Assembly (NCBI GenBank): GCA_048941015.1
Contig: JBHLNZ010000052.1
Span: forward strand, 1 to 20,232
DNA length: 20,232 nt
From: Promethearchaeota archaeon
GTDB taxonomy: Archaea > Asgardarchaeota > Lokiarchaeia > Sigyniarchaeales > SOKP01
Direction of reading: 5' to 3'
The notes below the pieces were generated by a model. That model searched no databases. It was given only the letters and a program-made list of their open reading frames with translations, and had not been told where the DNA came from. Below, in pieces: positions 16,362 through 20,232 of this stretch. Every line of letters begins with the position of its first letter. Position 1 is the first letter of the stretch. Made by a program: the position numbers and the translations under genes.

Positions 16362-17684
16362 TTAATTTAATTGATAAAATTTTTCCTCAAATTCAGGCTT
16401 TCCCTTATATTTATTTAAGAATAACAAGGGAGCTTTATCAATGTTCTTAAAAAGATAGGATGGAGCTCTAATTCCTGCTTCTTTCAGTGCTGCCTGAATT
16501 TCTTCGACATCTGGTGGGCAACCTTTAATAGCAATGAGTTGATTAATATTTGGATGATCTTTATTTTTATTATACTGACATTGACCGAGTAAGATTGTCT
16601 TGGAGTTTCCTGGAGATGGTTCCATAACCTTTCCCGTTAAAACTTCAATGTTGTCAAAATCTTTCCCTTTCCATGCTTCCTTTATCGCAACTAAGATGAT
16701 TCCATTATAAAAACTACAAAAAGTACACATTGTTTCATCGTATCTTCGATATTTTATCCCTCCAATACCAGCTTTAGCATAAGATAGAGGCAATGTATTA
16801 TTGTTTTCATAAACAAATTCCCATCCATGTGGAGATGCTAAATCTTCAATACTTTCACCTTTTACTTCAATATCAGATAAATCTGTTGGACGGTTTCTAT
16901 CTTTAGCTGCTTGAACTAGATGTGGGACAGCTATTGGGTCAATTCCTAATAAATTTGATCCAACTAAATCTGCTGAAAGAATGTCCGTAGAAGCAACTAA
17001 AATGTCGCTTCTATGAGCTTTCCCATCAAATGTTGGCCCTCTCTCAAGTGTATAAATTCCATCAATAACTGTAAGGCTCGGAGGTATCAAATTTGCAAGT
17101 TGAGCAACATTGTAATGAAGATTAAACTTAGGATCAGCACCATGAAATTTTTTTCGTGATGGTATATTTATTAAGCCTTTTAAGTTCTTGATACCTAAAC
17201 TAACGACACATTGAGCATGAGTTTTAAGTACTGGTACATCAATTAGAAAATCAGCATGGAGCATCTCAGAATTCATTTTTGCAGTGACTCCTTCAGCTAA
17301 CTCTACTTTTTCATAAGGACGCTCAAACATATCATAGGCTTTAACTCCATATTTGTCCTTTAAAAAATTATATCCTAATTTTTCAAAAGCATCTTTAGGA
17401 GTTTCTTTATCTTTAGGATCATCAGAGATTATACCATCCCCGATAGTAACATCTTCTACTCCCTTTTCTTTAAGTAATATTATAATATCTTCCATTACTC
17501 TTGAAGTGGTAAGCATCCCCCATTTAGGAATATCGCAGTGCCTATTCCAATAAACTAAATTAGGTTTAATGAAAATCTTACCTTTAATGGGTAAATTTTC
17601 AAATCCATGTGCTAACTCAATAGCTTTACGAACGGAATCCAATGGTTTTTCATACTTAACAATGGATACAATAGATTTACTCAT
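16362..17684 (-). CDS. DUF362-domain Fe-S protein with C-terminal CxxC..GxC..GCPP domain
   Basis: IFIKPNL, VPVLKTH, VSLGIKNLKG, VIDGIYTLERGP, STDILSAD motifs. ATG at 17684 (MSKSIV) with a GTGA SD is preferred over the 17696 start. Confidence 0.85.
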   Translation of the reverse strand: MSKSIVSIVKYEKPLDSVRKAIELAHGFENLPIKGKIFIKPNLVYWNRHCDIPKWGMLTTSRVMEDIIILLKEKGVEDVTIGDGIISDDPKDKETPKDAFEKLGYNFLKDKYGVKAYDMFERPYEKVELAEGVTAKMNSEMLHADFLIDVPVLKTHAQCVVSLGIKNLKGLINIPSRKKFHGADPKFNLHYNVAQLANLIPPSLTVIDGIYTLERGPTFDGKAHRSDILVASTDILSADLVGSNLLGIDPIAVPHLVQAAKDRNRPTDLSDIEVKGESIEDLASPHGWEFVYENNNTLPLSYAKAGIGGIKYRRYDETMCTFCSFYNGIILVAIKEAWKGKDFDNIEVLTGKVMEPSPGNSKTILLGQCQYNKNKDHPNINQLIAIKGCPPDVEEIQAALKEAGIRAPSYLFKNIDKAPLLFLNKYKGKPEFEEKFYQLN

Positions 17685-17761
17685 ATAATCACACAATAAT
17701 TATATATATAGACTTGAATATTGAATATTTTAAAAATTAATTTATTAATAAAATAAAAGTT

Positions 17762-18307
17762 TTAGATTGATTTACGTTTATTCCATTCTGATCTTAAAAT
17801 TGAAAACATAATTTCATCATAATATTCTCCATTTTTAAATACAGCTTGGCGCTTTCTTCCTTCTTCAATGAAACCCACCTTCAAATAAGACTTATATGCT
17901 CGAATGTTAAAAGTAAATGTGCTTAATTCGGCCCTATTAAGATTTAATGTATTGAATCCATAATCTACCAACAATTTCATTGCTTCTGTACCATACCCTT
18001 TCCCCTGAAATTCTTTCTCTCCAATAACGATCCCAAAATTACCGACCCTGTCTTTGTTATTAATCCCTCGTATTGCACAATTACCGATAAGTTTTTCTGA
18101 TCCATCCTTATTTTCTATTACGATTGAAAAGTAAACATCGCTCTCTCTATTCTTTAGATCATTAAACCAGTCTTCTTCTTCCATCCTAGTGAGTGGACGG
18201 TACATTAAGAGATATTGTGTTATTTCTGGGTCATTAAACCACTTAAGGAATTGATCAATATGTTTCTTCTCTAAGGGTTTTAAGCTAACATGTTCTCCCT
18301 TTAACAT
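17762..18307 (-). CDS. GNAT N-acetyltransferase, RimJ/RimL family
   Basis: FQGKGYGTEA acetyl-CoA-binding motif, NIRAYKSYLKVGFIEEG, YYDEIMFSILRSEW. Likely start MLKGEHV at 18307 rather than the TTG at 18355. Confidence 0.9.
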   Translation of the reverse strand: MLKGEHVSLKPLEKKHIDQFLKWFNDPEITQYLLMYRPLTRMEEEDWFNDLKNRESDVYFSIVIENKDGSEKLIGNCAIRGINNKDRVGNFGIVIGEKEFQGKGYGTEAMKLLVDYGFNTLNLNRAELSTFTFNIRAYKSYLKVGFIEEGRKRQAVFKNGEYYDEIMFSILRSEWNKRKSI

Positions 18308-18381
18308 AATGATATATAATTTAGAAGTAGTAAAAAAATCTATCGTATTTTTCAAATAGATTACATTATAAAGAAAAAATG

Positions 18382-20232
18382 TTAGAAATATATCCCTTTT
18401 TTTCGTGAAATATATTTAACAATTTCAAATGAAACAATACAAATGGTTGAAATCAGGAAACAAACAAGCCAATCCAAACCAGTAAGGTACATAAACATAA
18501 AGTTAATTCCCCATGAAGCTAATGCTACCTGGAATCCTGGAATATACATCAATGCGAGAAATGTACCAAAAAGTAAACCAATTAATATATACATGAACTT
18601 AGTGCTATCCTCTTTTATACTTTTTATCAGCGATTTATTTGGACGTCTTATTTGATAAATTAAAAAAGATTCGCAGAAAAATAATGTTACCATTAACATT
18701 GTAAGAGTTTTAGCTGCAGTAAGATCGATACCGCTACTGTAAAGATCATAAGTTGTTGTAGAATATAGATAAGCATCATTTAATCCTCCAAAATTTGTAT
18801 TTTCAGGAAACAATGGGTAAGCACCAGTAATAACGACAAAATACGAAACGATCATTGTAATCGATAGCAAAATTCCGAAGGCAAATAGTAAATATATTAT
18901 ATTTTTCGATAAGATTTCTTCTTCATCCCGCGGTTTTTGTTTCATTACATCCTTAGAAGTGATATCAAACGTTAAAACTAATCCAGGAAATATATGCAAG
19001 GTTATTCCGAGAAAAACCCATTGGAGATAAAATGCTTCGTCTAAAAAGTATGGTAATCCTACTATATAAGCTAAAATAAATTGAACGATACCTTCAAATA
19101 CATTGATACAAATATAAAAAAATACTACCGCTCTAATCCGTGAAAAAATACCTCTACCCTCTTCAATACCAGTTACGATTGAATTAAACGAATCGTCTGA
19201 GATTACCATATCAGAAGCCTCTTTTGCCACATCTGTACCTTGAATCCCCATTGCAATACCAGCATCAGCCATATTTAATGCTAAAGCATCATTAACTCCA
19301 TCTCCTGTCATGGCAACAACTTTATTAGCATCTTGATAATTTTCTACAATATCCTCTTTATGTTCAGGTGAAACTCTTGAAAAAACTTTAATACGACTGA
19401 AATCATAGAAGCTTTTTATATCTTTGATATCTTTACCTTCAACTACTAATTCATTTTCGTCTTTAATAATAGCTATTTGTTTTGCTATTGCTCTAGCAGT
19501 TTTAGGAGAATCACCCGTTATCATTACAACATCCACACCCGCGTTATGGCATTCTTCTACTGATTCTTTAACACCTTCTCGAGGAGGATCTAATATTGTA
19601 ACAAAACCAATATAAATCATTTCTGATTCACACAAGTCTCTACTTTTATCATCTTCAGGAGGTAACTCTTCTAATTTTTTATAACATAAACTTAGAATTC
19701 TATATCCCTGACCTGCATAGTGATCGGCGATGAGATTAACTTTATCTTTTAATTCTTGTGTAAATTCTAGTTCAGTATCTTTAAACAAAACTTTTTTACA
19801 TAAAGGAATAAGTATCTCACTTGCACCTTTAGTAAACGAAAAATATTTTTCTTGTCTTTTGTATATCTTGGTCATTCTCTTAACTTTTGAATCAAATGGA
19901 TATTCCTTGATATATTCAAAATCTTCTAGTAAATAATCACCCATCCCTTTCTGAAATAATACCATTAAGGCTCCTTCTGTTGGTGATCCAATAACGTTCC
20001 AGTTTGGAATGATTCTACCACCAATCTCAATTTCATTCTTAACTAGTGCAGAATTATTATTTAAAAAACCAGAAGTTAATAATAATTTCAATTGGGGCTG
20101 CTCATCAATATGTTTAATGTATATAGGATTCTTTGGATCATCAATTAGAATAATCTCTCCATCTGGGCTGTATCCACTTCCTGTAACTTTAAAAGTTGAA
20201 CCATTAGTCCATACATATTGGATACTCATTTG
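18382..20232 (-). CDS. P-type ATPase, P2A (SERCA/PMR1)-like; N-terminal part outside the window
   Basis: GSPTEGAL, PFDSKVKRM, KGASE, DPPR, MITGD, RVSPEHK, MTGDGVNDALALNMADAGIAMG, then M5-M10. The frame is open to the window edge; DKTGT is expected just upstream. Confidence 0.93.
   Translation of the reverse strand, partial: QMSIQYVWTNGSTFKVTGSGYSPDGEIILIDDPKNPIYIKHIDEQPQLKLLLTSGFLNNNSALVKNEIEIGGRIIPNWNVIGSPTEGALMVLFQKGMGDYLLEDFEYIKEYPFDSKVKRMTKIYKRQEKYFSFTKGASEILIPLCKKVLFKDTELEFTQELKDKVNLIADHYAGQGYRILSLCYKKLEELPPEDDKSRDLCESEMIYIGFVTILDPPREGVKESVEECHNAGVDVVMITGDSPKTARAIAKQIAIIKDENELVVEGKDIKDIKSFYDFSRIKVFSRVSPEHKEDIVENYQDANKVVAMTGDGVNDALALNMADAGIAMGIQGTDVAKEASDMVISDDSFNSIVTGIEEGRGIFSRIRAVVFFYICINVFEGIVQFILAYIVGLPYFLDEAFYLQWVFLGITLHIFPGLVLTFDITSKDVMKQKPRDEEEILSKNIIYLLFAFGILLSITMIVSYFVVITGAYPLFPENTNFGGLNDAYLYSTTTYDLYSSGIDLTAAKTLTMLMVTLFFCESFLIYQIRRPNKSLIKSIKEDSTKFMYILIGLLFGTFLALMYIPGFQVALASWGINFMFMYLTGLDWLVCFLISTICIVSFEIVKYISRKKGIYF

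Noticed and set aside
9519-17684. Selenoprotein or SECIS recoding in the Cys-rich genes (known in Lokiarchaeia)
   Set aside because: The Cys-rich ORFs appear complete with no in-frame TGA at Cys positions, and no convincing SECIS hairpin was seen.
10734-18307. HDAC and GNAT as a paired acetylation writer/eraser system
   Set aside because: They are more than 6 kb apart, on opposite strands and separated by unrelated genes; both families are common.

Overview
Very AT-rich prokaryotic DNA, most consistent with an Asgard archaeon of the Lokiarchaeia type. This is inferred from GAGGT/AGGTG-type SD sites, T-tract terminators, a giant single-pass surface protein with a longin-like cytoplasmic tail, a NosD-type beta-helix protein with a C-terminal anchor and a double-Lrp regulator. 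The window holds 16 protein-coding genes, in order: a divergent threonine-catabolism pair (kbl, cut at the left edge and missing from the ORF track, and SDR-type tdh), a 1453-aa receptor-like membrane protein, a tandem Lrp/AsnC regulator, an ABC-2 exporter pair, a Cys-rich 4Fe-4S protein, a compact HDAC-family deacylase, a beta-helix surface protein, then a minus-strand run of a small membrane protein, DUF1326, a second small membrane protein, DUF3795, DUF362, a RimL-type GNAT and a P2-type ATPase (cut at the right edge). No rRNA, tRNA, CRISPR array or transposase was recognised. Most notable: (i) the ectodomain-TM-longin-winged-helix architecture of the 1453-aa protein; (ii) a ~140-bp, ~90% identical non-coding direct repeat flanking DUF1326 that looks like a duplicated terminator+promoter block; (iii) a P2A-like ATPase whose M6 Ca2+ ligands are replaced (N>G, T>L, D>H); (iv) a loop-less minimal HDAC; (v) an L-[KR]-x-S motif at about residue 50 in both surface proteins. 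All family assignments come from motif recognition by eye, not database searches.
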